Below, one piece after another: positions 1 to 15,101 of a stretch of 64,000 nt of DNA. Within the stretch, counting starts at the first letter, position 1, and each line of letters begins with the position of its first letter. This DNA comes from Cirrosporium novae-zelandiae (lineage: Eukaryota), in the NCBI GenBank assembly GCA_026023565.1, contig JAPETS010000016.1, positions 62,001-126,000 of the forward strand, read 5' to 3'. The translations under genes were made by a program, and so were the position numbers. Below the pieces are notes generated by a model. It was not told where the DNA came from, ran no database searches, and worked only from the letters and a program-made list of their open reading frames with translations.

Positions 1-2511
1 TGGGAGGGGAAAGTTGTGCGCTGGTTGGCGGGGAGTTTATTTGGAACTTTGTTTGTGGGGAGAGATCGGACTTCGGCGGAGGTTTGGAGCGGGTTGTTGT
101 ATGTTTTTGGTTGGAATCAGATGATTTTGATTTTTTACTAATCAGAAGAATCAGAAGAATCAGAAAAATCAGAAGAAGAACGGATGTAGTGTTATTGTTT
201 TTTGTTGGGGGGAGTACGGGGAAGTAGGAATTGAGAAGGATATGATGAAATGATTGAAATGTCTATAGTTTCTAGAAATTACAAGACGCACAAAAACGGT
301 TATCCGACTCCGAAACACGTACACCGTATACCGTATACCGTACACAGTATTACGGATGCACAGTAGGTCCGATATCTGCCAATCTATCAAATCTACGGAA
401 CTCAACAGTCTGGAGCCCCGAACAGATCAAGATACACACACAGCCTACCATGTACCACGCGTCCCTCGTCAGAAATGAGAGAAAAAGAAAATGAAAAAAG
501 AAAGAAAAGAAGAAAAGTAATGCCAAGCTTTCCAAAAGGCAACGCAATTAATTGCGCAACAGATCCATCTGATATACCAAACACAATCCCGAGACTTGGA
601 TGAAGTAGACATCATCCCACCTTTTCTTTTCAGCCAAGCAGGCAGATCCCCCCTCCTCTCCCCCAGCCCAGCCCCAGCCTTAGAACGGATGGATCCTGTG
701 ATGGATCCAAATTCTCATGGGTTGAGCTGGGTCGGAAAATGGATGCACAGTGGGTGGTGAATGAAGGAAGAAAAATCCCCAAGTAATCTCACCATTTCAC
801 CCCATTCTCTCACTCACCCATCATGCTCTCAACCGGTCCCGTGAATCATCCCATGGCAACTCACGTTTCAGGACTAACCTTCCCAAACTCTTTGACCTGC
901 GGAAAGGATCCTGGAGACCTTTTTTGGCTGTGGAACTTGTCGAATTCCCGTTGCAGGGATACCCCTGGGCGTCACTCATGGAATCGGTATGGTGTCGGAT
1001 GGATTTCGAGACGGCATTCCCGCAAGGAACTTCTCACCCTCTTCCTAACTTGATTTCCCGCGGTGGAGTCGGGCGGAGAATGATCGGCCGGAGCGAGCTA
1101 TATGCATAAGAGAATTATACTCGTAGACATTTAGAAACATTGGAGATACGACCAAGTCTGAAACATAACCCCAGTGCCGTTGAAACTTTTTTTTTTGCTT
1201 CAAATCTAAAAGAGTCTAGAATGCACAAAAAGAACTGAAAATGAACCAGATGAGTGAGTTTTCAAGTTATTATTAGAGTGGATTTTTTGTCCATTCAATT
1301 TCGTCTCGACCTTCGAATTTGCTTCGAGAGGTAGGACCTTGATATTTGTGAACATTGTAAAAGCAAACTCGGAAGGCCTTTTTGACCTCCGCCGCATTCA
1401 GAATGGATATCGTAGCAACCTTTGCTTCCCGTTTCCATGTCCCTGGTCCCTAACCTGACAAATAAGAGATTCCTATGCATAAATCGCTTCAATAAATTCC
1501 ACCACTCCCTATTCGCCTAAATCCCTTCGTTGATGTCCCTAATGATACTACAGTAAAAGCGAAGAGAGAATTCTGGTATGAATTTGATAACATCCACGAA
1601 GCGAGGCGCCAAAACCGAGATGGCGAAACAAAAAAACACCGAATAACCGATGATTAACAAATGGAGGAAGTGAAAACGTTTCGCGGGGGGTTCTGGAAGA
1701 TGGGGGCAAGGTGGACCGTGCAGTCTTAGATGATATTTTTCATGACAATGTAACATCCATCTATATGTCCTGTGTATCCATGTTCGAGAGATGCTTTCCC
1801 CCAAGTCTTTAATTTTTACCTAGCTCCCAAAACCCTGATCCACCCAAACAAGCCAGTCCATAATGCAGTAACTTATAGCGCCAAAGCTGTACATACCCGA
1901 CTGACTGCCTTCCATCCATTGACACTTCTTCCTTGCGCCTCAGATTCCCGTATGATAATGGTATATAATAAAATGATGATGGGAGGTGATTTGTGCGCCT
2001 CGTCCGTCTGTCCCGCTCCGTAACATATCCGATTTCCATAGTAATAACTCTGAATGTGTAACTGTGGCTTCGTTGTTCGCCGCTCATCTCCGTGATAGTG
2101 TAAATGCCCGGATGCGATCCAACCTCGGAGCCGAAAAAACAAAAGAAAAGACTAAACTTTTTTTATGTCGAAGTCGAAAGTCGAATAATTAACACCGCCC
2201 ATGCTTTTGTGGTGTATGACAAAATAAAAAATTTCATGCAATAAAATCAAGTATATGGCGTTGAAGGTGTAATGCGTTGAATACTGTCATGTGGGTCCAA
2301 TCGCTGTGACTGTTGTCGACAGGGGTACCCGGCATGCTGAAACAATCCCCAGCGATTTAAGCTAGAGGGGTAAGACCAAGAACCAATAACCGTCGTTGTG
2401 CAATGTCCGTGATGTGTAAAGCCTCGAGCAATTCATCATTCGTCGCTTCGTTGTAAAATTGTGTGATCGTGATGAATCCTGCTTGGGTTCTTTCAAAGAC
2501 TAGTTACAAGA

Positions 2512-3033
2512 TTAGAAGAGGGACTGTCGTCTCTTCCAATCTCGAGTCTGATCAAATGAATTTGCGTACCCTTGCAGTTCTGACCGAACTTGGTCTGTGA
2601 GGTTCTTTTCACCAGAGGATGCACTATTGAAGGAGGTCAAGGACGTTCGTGAGGAAGATGGACTGAGGGTTCGAGCTGGAGCTGAAGGAAGTGCAGGTTT
2701 TGACGGCTGAGATGGGTAGGAAAAATAGCCAGCTGGATTGGAACTTTGCATTGGACTCCGGTAGGTGACTGGAGTTGTGGCAGCACTTTGAGATTTGTAC
2801 ATGGAGAAGTCGATGGCAGGAGGCAGGAAGAAGCCAGATCTCCTTTGACCTGCCGTTCCACTTGAAGTCGTTGACGCCCACGGCAGAGCACTTGTGGCAG
2901 CTGGAGAGCTTGGCTCAGATATGGTCGAGGACTTCTCTAGGTCTGCTAGTCGACAAGCCTGAGAGCAGTAGGCTTGCCCACTTGTTTGCTTATCACAGGC
3001 CAAGCAGAAGTCCGGAGACCATTCTGTCGACAT
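2512..3033 (-). CDS. Ecl1/2/3-family (life-span regulatory factor) protein
   Basis: MSTEWSPDFCLACDKQTSGQAYCSQACRLADLE carries the Ecl1-type CxxC...YCSxxCRLxD Cys motif, then an S/P-rich region and the C-terminal 'ELQGYANSFDQTRDWKRR'. Single exon. An in-frame upstream ATG at 3129 is an alternative start. Confidence 0.85.
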   Translation of the reverse strand: MSTEWSPDFCLACDKQTSGQAYCSQACRLADLEKSSTISEPSSPAATSALPWASTTSSGTAGQRRSGFFLPPAIDFSMYKSQSAATTPVTYRSPMQSSNPAGYFSYPSQPSKPALPSAPARTLSPSSSRTSLTSFNSASSGEKNLTDQVRSELQGYANSFDQTRDWKRRQSLF

Positions 3034-6000
3034 AGTGGTCAAGTTGTTGGTAGTGTAGGAGGATTTCGAAGGTAGGTCGGCAAAGTAGTCGGAGCCGTAC
3101 GACGATGCGTTGTGAATTGATTGGTACATTCGTGAAGGTTTGGTGGATATCAAGAATCGAATAGAGAAGAAAAAGCTCTCTAGAGGGAGCTATATATTAT
3201 TATCTGTGGGAAAAAGAAGGATAGTTGTTGTGTGAGTCAAGGTGGGTCAAGGAAGAAAGTGGCCTCGAGAAGTTGATTGGTAGAAGTATGGCGATGTGCA
3301 TTCGGGGTAGAGTGAAAGGCTGAATGATTTGGGATGAGATGAGATTTGGGGGGGGGGGGTGATTGAATTATTCTCAAGACAAGATGATATAGAGAAGAAG
3401 GATAAGCAAGGTAGGGTTTTTTTATGAGTTGATGAAAGTTGGAGGTAGAATGTCGAGATGAATAAATCAGTAGCAAGTGGAGAGAAGGCGAGAGGCGCAT
3501 CCCACCATTATTATTCTTGAATGGAATTCTGTGGTTTAGTGACAAGGATGGTTTTTTTAGATAGAGTGGCCCTTCAAGTTTAGTGTCCAGTAGGCTTCCG
3601 GGTCATCTGTAGCCTACTAAGAGCTACCTACGGAGTTTACTAAGAGACCAAGAGGCTAAGACGACACTAAAACCCTACGACACTAAAAAAAGAGGCTAAG
3701 AGTATAAATGGACTAGACCGTCTTGGGTATAGGCGGGGACCGAAAGTCCACTAACAATTGAATAGGACACTGGCACAACCCTGTCCTTGTACTGTACACT
3801 CAACCAAAGGAATGGAAAGAAAAAAAAAGAAAATAATTAAATAACCTGAACCTGAAACTCAGGGTAGCAACACAGAAGCCCAAAGAAGAAGAAAAAGAAG
3901 GAAGAGAAAAAAAAAAAGACTCTACAACTGAAGGACAAATGACAGCTGCGGCACAACCATGCAACAAACTGGCCTGGCTGATACTGGCTGACTGGATGGA
4001 TTGCGAAAGTCCAACAAGGTCGTGATTGAGGTCACCTGGAGGCCTTGGGTAGGTTTCCATGCAAGTGAGCAGGATACATCAAGTTTGGTGGATAGAAAAG
4101 CAGCACTGCATGATTCCCTAGTTCATCATCATCTAACCCTTTAGTAGCACAAACTACTGCTGGAACTAATTGCTGGAACTAACTGCTGCAGGCCGGCAGA
4201 GTTTTCTATCGTTTTGCAGCTGTAACTGCTCCCGAGGCCACAAGAGTCCACAAGAGAGGAGGCACAATAGAGGCACAAGAAATTGAGAAAATCGAGAGAA
4301 AGCTATGGCTGCTAAGAGCTGGTCCTTGAAGCGCTAAAGCAAGAGTGGTGTGCTGCCGTTCGCACGGTTCACTTTGATGATTATTATTCGTTCATCCTGG
4401 GCTTATCCTTGATCTATCCTTGAATTCTTGACTTATCCTTGGGCATATCCTTGAAGTCTTTTTATTTTTTTTTTCCCTTCTTCTTCGTGCTGCCGCCCGC
4501 AGAATTAGCTAGTACGCCTTAGGCAGACTTTTTGGTCAAAAAGGCAAAAACTGGCCCTAAGCGAAAATACCCCTCTCCTTCTTCTCCGCTTTCCACTCAT
4601 GGCTCATTATGCCCCATAAATCCGTCCATATTGACCATATCAACCATTCTTGTCAAGCCTATCCTAGTTAGTCTACATGCTTCAACTCGAGTACTTCGAC
4701 TTTTAGTCAAACACCCCCCCAACCATTCTCTTGTACAAGCCTTTGAACACGCCCCCAATTGAACCCCCAATTGGTGTAATCCCTTTGAACTCATCGTTAG
4801 GCCAAGCGTTTAAACTAGACTGGTCTCTACTACAACAACCCCTCTCCTAATTTCTTTAGGTGCCTGTAAATGCCTGAACTACTTTGGAACTGCCTTGGAA
4901 CTTTGGAAGATATCTCTGCCACCAACATCATCTTAACGAATCATCGTCGGACACCACCTACAATTTCTATGACATCGTTGACCCGGATTCACTGGGGGTG
5001 GATCACGCATGCAGTTCATCAGGATGTAGCTCCAGGGTCAGCTCTATCCCAGCACCGAGACTTGCAATAGTGTGTGGCAGGAAGCCAATACCAACCTGGT
5101 AAGAAAATCTATCAACAGGGTAATAAGCAGTAAGGACCAGGAACATGGTACAAGTACAGTACGGTACTTTTTTTTATAGTTGGCTTGTTGCTGAAAACCT
5201 TGGTGGGTTGAATGAAGCAGGGACTTGAGTCTCCTTCGTAAGAAATGTTTCCAAGTGGCCACACCTACACCACCAATATAGTTAATGTTCCTCCAGCCCT
5301 GTCATCTCCTGCATGAAAGCCATAAAGCCATCTCTTTTGTATCTCGATGTGCCACACCAATGACGACCCAACTACACTCGTTTCAGGGACTTGTCGTGGG
5401 GGGGCAAAAAAAAAAAGTCATAGTCATGGTCATGTTCACCAAATGAATCATATTCTAGTACTAACCTGTATTGTTTGCAAATACCTTAGTTCATGGCATC
5501 AGTCTGCTTTGAATCTTTGATACATTCTGTACGGTACACTTGGTATACTTGGTAAAACTCTTACAATGTCGGCATTTGTAGCTTCGCTTCGTTTGGCTCC
5601 GATTGTTAAACTTCTATGCGGAATTGAGAAGAATGGCGAATTTCCGCATTGTGCAACATAAAATTGCATGATTGAAACTAAACCGAATATCCATTCCTCC
5701 ACAATTTGGAAGAGTATATTTGACTTTGGCCAATATTTGGCTCAAAGGGCCGACGTGCATTGGTTGACGGGCCAGAATTTTGACCTTCGTCAATACCCGA
5801 ACCGTTCTGGTCATATTCCTCTGAAGCCCAAGGAGCCGTATCTTCCAAGCACAATAATGGCGCAATTCAAAGTCTGTTTGCTCAGTCTTGAAGTCATCAT
5901 AGAGTAGATTTGGTAATAATGCAGGGCCCATTCCTTAGGCTCAGCCAGGAACATCCACATATTGATGACCTTGATGGCTTCAATATTTTACACAGTACCT

Positions 6001-9000
6001 TGAAGGCCTTTCAGATTTCATAATGGACCGGATGATCCACAACAACCCAAGAAGTGCTCTAAGAGAACTATTCTTAACATTTGCCTCATACAGTTGGATT
6101 CTGGTGTTCAGCTCCTTGCACATCAACCGCCGACGAGGGCCCCTGATTGGATTTTGGATGCGCCGTGAGAGATTAGCATACGAACAGGTGCGGCTTGTCG
6201 ATGAGAAGCACCCAGGCGTGGTTTTTATTTTAAAGCTAGGCGCTAGGATCGCACGATTTAATACCACCTTGACTGAGAATATTGAGCTACAGTATTTTTG
6301 TCCTTCAGAAATTTCATATCCCATCTATGCGTCGCAAATAGCTCATGATTGGCATGCAGATGAATCAATAATCTATCCGAACCACCCCAACATACTTGGT
6401 CGTAAATGTTGCAGTTATCCCTGCTCTACGCCATGCTCTGCGTGAGCGTTAAGGCTCCAATTTTTAAAGCCACCCTAGCATCATCTAGAGTCAACCGAGA
6501 AAACAAGCCTACGAACATGATAGATGATCAAAATAGCGAATCAAGATGGTGATGCGAGATGCTAAAATGATAGATCATGGGATCAACGATAGGGATACTC
6601 TCTTTGAGTTTTACTGAAAGATTAACTTACACCCTCATCCTCCTTCAGGATGGGAGCGAAATGGCACTCAGCCTCAGTCATTCGCATACCAGCCGCGTTG
6701 ATGGGCATACTACTTTGGTATCGCTATCAGCAGCTCGGTGTTCTTTTTTTTTTCTCTCCCCCCTTTCGTGCCTGGTTCTTGCCACAATGAAATTTTTTTT
6801 TCTGCGGGTGCCACAACGAGCTGGATTGGGTATACCCGATATCTCATGTAGTAAATTACGCTGATCTAGATCTGCATGCGGAGAAGATTAGTGATAAGAC
6901 CTATAACAAAGTTGGCCCGTGTTAAAAAGGTCGTTGACGCGTTGACTCGTTAGCAACACATCCTGAGTAGTGCAAATATGCGTTAATGAAGTGAAAAGCA
7001 CGAGTCCACGAGACAGATAAATTGATTGTGTCGATAAGTGAAATGCTAATTAGGAATTGCTGCAACCACTCGTTTTCCCATATAGAATTGCCAAGGCTGC
7101 TAATGGAAATCTTATTTAGAAATAGCGTCAAGGACCACCATACGGTATTGTCAATACCTCCCCTTATCCAATTTTGTAATGACAGGCGGGATTTACGGTA
7201 GCTTTACGGGCTTTACGGTAGCTAGCCGTACCTTATTAAGCACTGTCTCGAGTAGCTGAAATTCTCAAATTTGTTGCTGATATCAGAATTAACATTTGAA
7301 CTAACATTTTGAACTAACAGAGATTGATTATCAGGAATGAGTCAATGGCGACCAAATCTCGTGGCTTGGCAGTTCGTGAGTGGTGATACCACTAGATACC
7401 ACTGCAGATCGTCGATGATAGCGAATAAAATAGTCAAAGTGAAACTTCAGTCTAACTCATTAACCCAGGCTTGTTATCAAAAACATGCAAAATATCAAGA
7501 TAAGGAATCTATCTATTTTGCGCTTTGAACTTTGAACCTTTCGCGCTCGGATCCTTCAAAGGGGCGAGCTGCTTCATCTGCTTCACTGCTTCACTGCTTC
7601 ACTGCTTCATCTTCCTTTAGCAGCTAATGGCATTTCCCAATTTGTTGACCCCGCAAAGAAGTGGCAGCCAAGACCCTCACTACTGGTCTGTAAGACGCTT
7701 ACTGTATACAATATGTTTGTACTAAAGGGTTGGATTTATGGGAAATTAACAAGTTAACGCCTATTCTCGTTAGACACCCCACGACGACCGACATCATAGT
7801 CCAAAGTTGAGGGAAGACAAGCTTGAGACTTGAGACGTTGTGCAGGAAATATACCTTGATAGGGGGTATTTTTCTTTACTACTGTGTATGTGTGTATGCA
7901 TTCAAGTCAGACGATTACTTTAGTTTCCTTACCTCCAATCTCCATCCTTGACCAACTACCTAAGTACTCAATCACCATGTTCATTAACCGATCATCCGAG
8001 TTGGCCGAACGTGTGCTTCAAGCTTGCGCCCCCCTTCATCCAAGGTCCGTGTACTCTTGCGTACTTGGCCTCAACAAGTCAACATTTATAAATGCATTTT
8101 TAAACTTTCTCTCCTTACTATCGCCATGATCCGCTTCTTGTTATCCTATACTCAGTGCAGCATACGACCCACTTAATATTTTCTAATTTCTTTTCCAATT
8201 GAACCCCTCTGCTTAACTGTTTTTTTTTGTTTATTAGTTCAGCTAATACATGTTCATCTCTTATGAATGGAACTACTATGGACTTTCAAGCTCTAGGATA
8301 GTCTTCCATCTGCATAACCGGTGCAACATTGTGATTATTTGCCCTGCATATGTGATCTGTCACATTTACTTTCCGCAATTCCAATAGGTTGAAAGGGTTC
8401 ATCGTAGAATTTCATCCTTGAGGATATCACTGAGTGTTTTGATGAGGTGGTTGTCCACGTCAACGATCCTCACTTTTGCTGACATTTGAGCCTTTAGATT
8501 CATTTGCTTTTCCTTTTGCGCTTTGAACTTCATTGTCGCACACAATGGATACATATACATCAGTGGTAACCAGTTATTTTTGTTATTATTTCTTTGCTGC
8601 TATATTTCCCTCTCTGGGTTTCACTTGCAAGCTAAGCTCCGATATAATATCCAACCAATTTCGTCGCCTGTTTCCATTCTGCATATGTCAAAAGCGTGGT
8701 CAAGTAATTTGTTAGATCAGAGACAGGGAAGCTTTTCGTGCTCACGGAACACAAGAAGGGCTACAGCATAAAGCGGGGTAGCACGACAACAGCGGTCGAG
8801 TACCACAACCAAAGGACTGGCCTCATTAACCTCCTACGAAACGAGTATTGCAACGCTCAGTCCTTCAGTCTGGCCTATGCAGTAGACCCCCGTGAAACGT
8901 GGAGTTGCGCTGTCACCCGTAAAGTTGGACCCGAAATTTCTCCGCAACGAAGATCATGGAGGAGATTCTGGCCTCGTCGCTGTTCGGAAATAATCCTCCT

Positions 9001-10899
9001 CCTTCATGCTAAGAACCATGAACGTCATAATTTGGTCGGCATTCGCCAGCCATTGGAGACGCAACAGATGATCTTTCTGTCCTACTTGACCAAGATCTGC
9101 GACAAGATGCTTCCGGCCCCTTTTCTAAGGTGTAGATGCTTACACCACATGATATATATATATCCCATCACTATGGATGGAACTCTGGGGTTTTCGTCGA
9201 CCCACTAAAACGCACCGCCACAGTTCACAGGGCCTAGAGAATGACTGTATAATCATTGTTCCACGCTCTTTTGTTCGGATAATCCCACATGATGTACAAC
9301 ACCAAAACACGTTACACTGTTTGCCCGCGCGGATACTGTGAGCGTTATGCGTCACCACTTCTCACATACAGTGCAGGCGTTTACCTTGCTACTGCTGCAA
9401 ACTTCAATACATATGCTTCTCTAATGACAAGGACTATATATCTAAGCTTGGTATAACGATCGGTGAAGCGGAAGCTTCGTTTTGCGTGGTCCTGCTTACA
9501 ATTTCGGGCAACGAGGATTTACTTTCCCAAATGAGCATATCTGTTGTCATCATGATTCATCTCGCCTGGCGCCCTGCGTCGGCGAGAATCCATCCCAAAC
9601 GCGCAAAAAAATTGTTCCTACTCAAAAAATCTCATATTGGTTGAAATGCCCTCCCCAGTGTATGTTAATGAATTACATTAGCATCTTTCTTTTATACCCA
9701 AACATATGAGAACGAGCAAATACCAACAAACCATCCAGCAGTAATAGCTCATCCCCAACCTCCAATTACATTTCCATTTTTCAGCCCAAAACTTCAGTGG
9801 AGCCAGCCCTACATTTCTTAATCTTCCTGTTTGCAGAATTATGGCCTTATGCCCACGATCTTGACGTAGCCGTTTCATTTTCGATGTGGTGTTCGTACGT
9901 TGGGCAGGTTCTCAATCTGCTACAATTTCCTTCGATTTGTTATTTCAGGTGCCAATGACCTATGACCTATGATCTATCTCACTCTTCTTACTCTTTCACT
10001 CTACCTGAAACCATCCACCATCACCATCACCTCAACGGAAAAAAAAGCGCACACAAATTCCCAACCCCAAATTCCCACACATTCATATTTTATCTCATCT
10101 CATCCTATCTCACTTCATCCCACACCCACACCCACCCACATCACAATCACATACATAGCCCTCTCTAACCCAACCATCCCCAACAAATCAACAAATCAAC
10201 AAATCAACAAAAAAATCCCTTCAAACAAACTCCCTCGGTTCATCGGTCTAGTGGTATGATTCTCGCTTAGGGCCTTCCCCCCACAAAAAACCCTAAGTTC
10301 AAAAAAACCAAATTCGGAAAAATGGTCTGATTTTGACTTGCGAGAAGCCCCGGATTCGAATTCCGGATGAACCCGTTGTTGTTGTTGTTTTTTGAGGGGG
10401 GGGGGGGGAGGGGGGTTGGTTTTTGGTTTTAAGGAGTGGGAAGAGGGGAGAGGTTTCGATGATGAAGATGATAATAATGTATGTGTGTGTGGGGAAAGTC
10501 GGAATCGGAATTGTATTTATGAAAATGGGAGAACCAGGTTTTGTATCCACAATTCAACATCCACATCTCCATAAACCATAACCATTAACCAATCAACAAA
10601 ACTATCAAACCACTCACCTCCACCTCACGAAGGTATCCATCCTACACAAATATAACGGCTTTTGCTACGCAAAACAAGTATACACCTTTTTACGGGGAGG
10701 GACGGATGGTGGGGAAGGGTAGAGCAAAAACCTACCTCTTAGATTCTAGATTCTAGATGGGGGGGGGGGGGAGGGGTTAATAGGTAGGTGGTTGTAGGTG
10801 GTTGTAACTATCTAAGTCGCGAGTGGTGATAGTAATAGTGCCATAAACACAAAAATATCAACAGACAAACCTACCCACACACACCTACCCACATACACA

Positions 10900-11660
10900 C
10901 ATACATACATACATAATAATAACGGCATCTAAAACGAAAGCGAGGGAGAAATATAGAGAGAGAGAATCCTACGACTAAATCACCATACTATCACCATCTT
11001 TTTAGTTAGAGTTGAAATATATATATAAATATAATATCTATTAATTACATTATTAAAGAATTATGTGGAACGTTTGATATATATTTTTTTAAAAAACAAG
11101 GATCAAAAATATTGAAAGGATAAGGAAAGGAAAGGGGGATAAGTAGATATAAGGTAATGGAACTCATATACTATTTATTCATTCATTCATTCGTTTCATT
11201 AAATTGGTTGATTGATTTTATTTCAACTTCAAATAAATAAATAATTAATTCATCCATCTATCTCTCTCCCTCTACATCTACCTCTCTCTTCCCCTCCATT
11301 CTATTCTACCCTAATCTAATCTACATCCTCCATACAGACACCAGATACCAGACAAGAACTAATCTCTTTCTCTCTTTTTCTCCTTCTTTCTTTCTCTCTC
11401 TCTCACTCTCTCTCTCTTTTTTTTTTTGAATAGAGATAATTTATCCATTATCCATTAACTTATTATATTATATTATATCCACAGGAGAAAGGTATATACA
11501 TATATATATGAATATGAATATATAGATATGTATAATCTTTAACTCAATTCAACTCAACTCAACTCAACTCAAAAAATACCAATCAATACCTAATCCAAAT
11601 CCTCGATTCTATCATTCGCACATACACATACCCATACCTATACCCATACCCATGCACATC
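10900..11660. repeat. AT-rich low-complexity tract with mixed microsatellites
   Basis: (TA)n, (CT)n, (ATTC)n, (AACTC)n and (TACCCA)n runs, with no ORF in the track. Confidence 0.75.
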
Positions 11661-12565
11661 ATACAAAGCACCCAATAAGAATATCCTTCACAGATGCAAC
11701 GATATCAAAGATCCTCAATCATTTGATCCCTTCGTAGCTCCTAAGTTTCCATACCCTTTACCCCCAGCATAAAAAAAAACACATCTAAGAAACCACCACA
11801 CACAAAATTAATATTCATGGATTCCCATCTCGACTTGTCACCTATATTGGCTAGAAATAGCCCATGTCTTTCTTTCTTTCTTTCCCCACTTTCCCACACC
11901 TATCTATCAGCTATCAACTATAAGATACTGTACAGTACATACAACTTAAAAAAAAAAGAGAGAGCTAGAATTCCAAGAAACAAGAACAAGGATACAATGA
12001 TTAATAAACAAAGACAAAACAAAGACAAAGGGGACATGTACATACATACCTGCTATGCCTGCCAATTATGCCTTTTGCGGTGCCTATGGTGGTGCCTATG
12101 GTGGGTGGGTGACTTCGTACCCTCCTATATCCTCCTACACACATACACGCACACACTTTGCTGCCTATCCTTATCCTCAATCCTCAATCCCATCATCAAA
12201 AAGGCACAGTTATCAGAAAACCCAAAAACCCGGTACAAATCAAAACCAAAAAAACCCCGTCCGAGGTAGTTTAGCGGGTGAATAATCTCCCTGCCTGATC
12301 CTATTGAAGGGGTTGGGGGCTTGACATTATTGGGGAGGGGAGTTTTGAGTCGAAATGATTATATTGTAAATATTATTTGGTGTTTACTAGAGTTTGAATA
12401 GTATGCTAGGTGGGAAACAAGACGTTGGGATTGGCTAGGGATAACAAGTCAAACCTAGGTACAGGATAATAATAAAACCAGCAATCATCACAATAAAACT
12501 TCTTAACTCTCATCTCGTATCCATCACCCAATCTATTCTCTGATAACCCCAATCCTTAGCTGTTA

Positions 12566-13417
12566 TTACCACCAAAGCCAGGCTGCAGCACCACCAGTTG
12601 CAAGACCCAGATAGATGCCTAGGAGACGAGTATTAACACCTTCATTCTTGGTACTATTGGACTGAGCCCCAAACGTAACCGAAATAGTCGTGACCAGGGC
12701 TACGTCAGAAGTTTTGCTCGTAGTATAGGTGGTGGGTGTCATTGTAGCCACTGTGCGAGTTTGAGCAGACTGAACGGTCGTAACTGTATCCATCATTGAA
12801 ACAAAACTGCCTTTAATCGTACCGACGGGTTCCATGGAGGTCACAGTCATGGCGGGTATGCCGTCACTGGATTTATGGGTATAAACGACGGGCACAGAGA
12901 GATTAGTATCAATAGAGGTCGTGGTGGTGGTTATTGTCGTTGGGGACACAGTTGTAGCCATCATTGTGCTGGTCATTGTGCTAGTCGTTGTGCTAGCGGG
13001 GACGATATCTGTGCTAGTAGAGGCGACATCTGTGCTTGAATCGGCGGCTGAGGTAGATGAACTTATGGTGATAGTTAAAGTGAGCACGGTGTCACTGGAA
13101 CTGGAACTGGCAGCCGCATCATTCGTAGCAGGTGCCTTCAATTTAGGCGACGTGGTGAGAGTAATTGTACTCGAAGGAACTTTAGAGAAATGGTTAGGGG
13201 ATAGTTTTAATGAATTTCACACCGAATGAGAATACTTACCATACGACGTGCTTGTGACGACCGCGACGGTAGTAGTGCTAGGGACGGTAGTTATGCTATA
13301 TACGGTGCTCGTGGAGGTAACCATAAGGGTAACCATATCGGTGACGGTCGATGGCGATACGGCAACGACACGAGCGGCAATAGCGAGCATAAGGAGAGAT
13401 GCATCGTGGAAATGCAT
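12566..13417 (-). CDS. Secreted Ser/Thr-rich, probably GPI-anchored cell-surface protein (263 aa, 2 exons)
   Basis: Signal peptide MHFHDASLLMLAIAARVVA. A GTAAGT...CTAAC...AAG intron at 13180-13239 joins it in frame to ORF 12566..13141. T/S-rich body and hydrophobic tail LLGIYLGLATGGAAAWLWW. Confidence 0.8.
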
Positions 13418-13954
13418 CGTGGCTAGCTTGAACGAATGTTTGAACCTTTAAGATGCTTTTCTGGTTAATAAGAGAGTGAAAGAGTATATTTATGCAAGTA
13501 AAGTAGAATGGAAGGTAGAAAGGCTCTGGAAATTGTATCGAGACGAGTGGATGGAGGATGTAAGAAGTTAGAAGAGAATATGATGAGTAGAAGGTACTTA
13601 TGTTGAGGAATGGAAGCTTAAGGTAACTGAACTTCCATGTGAAGCAGTAACGGTAGAAATTTCATCATCCATCGAGTAAACAAATGAAAGATATCACTCT
13701 CATTGTAACTTCCCAAGTTGACCTCAGCTTGTTTAGTAAAATGAACCCCAACCGATCTTTTGCACCTTTGCTTAGATCCTTTCCCTAATCATCGACAGTT
13801 GTATCGTCCCTGCAGCACTTACAGTTGGTATATTCTCCCTTTAATTGTAAGCACTGTTGGAGTTATTCTGTATTAATGGCAAGAAGGAGATTAAAAGTTT
13901 ACAGAACAATCGTCGCACCTCCATATGAAGAATTTGGAAAGAAGTAGGAAAAGT

Positions 13955-15101
13955 TATTGTAAGGCAACAGCAACAGCATCAATAATAGCCCTCAATAGCG
14001 AAAAACACTCCGTTGACTCATAATTTTCTTGGATCTAGTTGCGTGCCATCAGGTGGTTAGCATTAGGGGATGGGAGAATGTAGACCAAAGAATACACCAG
14101 ATATACTATGAAGACCTTCAAGCAATTAGGTGAAAGGATGGGAATAGTTGACTATGGCACAGGTCTCGTCTTTGGACATCGTCCATAAAACTCCTAGGAT
14201 CTCAATCTCTATGGAAAGCAAGGACTGCAGGTTATCAGATACATCAGGACAAAACAAATGAGCCGCCAACAAAGACAAGAATTGCCGGCCTTAGCCATTT
14301 CCACGGATGTATCTGATATTTAAAGGCCCGTTGCTCCTGAGGTTTCTCCACTACATGATTTTTTGTCATCCTCTCCGCTGTTTCATCGTCCGTCACCATC
14401 GTTGCAACACTATCTTGGAAGATAAGCTATTTGTTTATCTGAAGACGTTTCACGAAGCGACAATAAAATAACTTCACAAACCTTGGTTTCAATGCCGTTC
14501 TTGATTACCCACCTCTGGAGCCAGTACACCCATCAAGATGGCCGATATAGCAATTATAGTAAGACGTATACTCAATATAGGTAGATTGGTTTCGGGGGAT
14601 ATGATAAATCACATTACCTCGCTATGGGTGAATGCTATGCATTTAGCTAGGGTAAGAAATAAAAGAATGGGGAGAAAGATAACGGTGAGCATCTTGAGCG
14701 TAGGCTTCCAACGTCAATCTATAGAGGATTTATATATTGTCTTCCAGCGCCCATCAGACTGAGTCTGGAGAAATTTCTTTCTAATGAGATGGTATCAAAT
14801 AAAAGCTGAGCATGGTGATTAAAGTGGTCAAAGTACAACGGAAAATACATATTAACAAATGGAAGGGTGGATTATAAGAAATTTCTCCTTTTTTTTCTTT
14901 TTCTTCTTTTCCGTCTTCGTTAGGGATTATCCTTGATGATCGAGAATGATTCTCAAGTCGAATGGCAGTACCATTCTTAAGCAGAGGAGGTCTCATAAAT
15001 CTGCTGTGTTGTTGTTTGGGCTGGGGATCCTCTAACCGAAAAATAGGGTCAAACGTCAGCCAAGCAGATTGATTATCAACCAGCTCTTCATCTCCCTTCA
15101 A
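13955..15101 (-). pseudogene. Possible degraded membrane-protein gene
   Basis: Several hydrophobic coding-like segments on the minus strand (MLTVIFLPILLFLTLAKCIAF, LSIRLTIIAISAILMGVLA, WKWLRPAILVFVGGSFVLS) broken by stops and frame changes. A GCTAAC...TAG acceptor lies near 14035-14062. No family recognised. Confidence 0.2.

Noticed and set aside
5395..5425. GTGGGGGGGCAAAAAAAAAAAGT resembling a Tc1/impala terminal inverted repeat
   Set aside because: No matching second end and no transposase remnant recognised. Homopolymer runs are common throughout this window.
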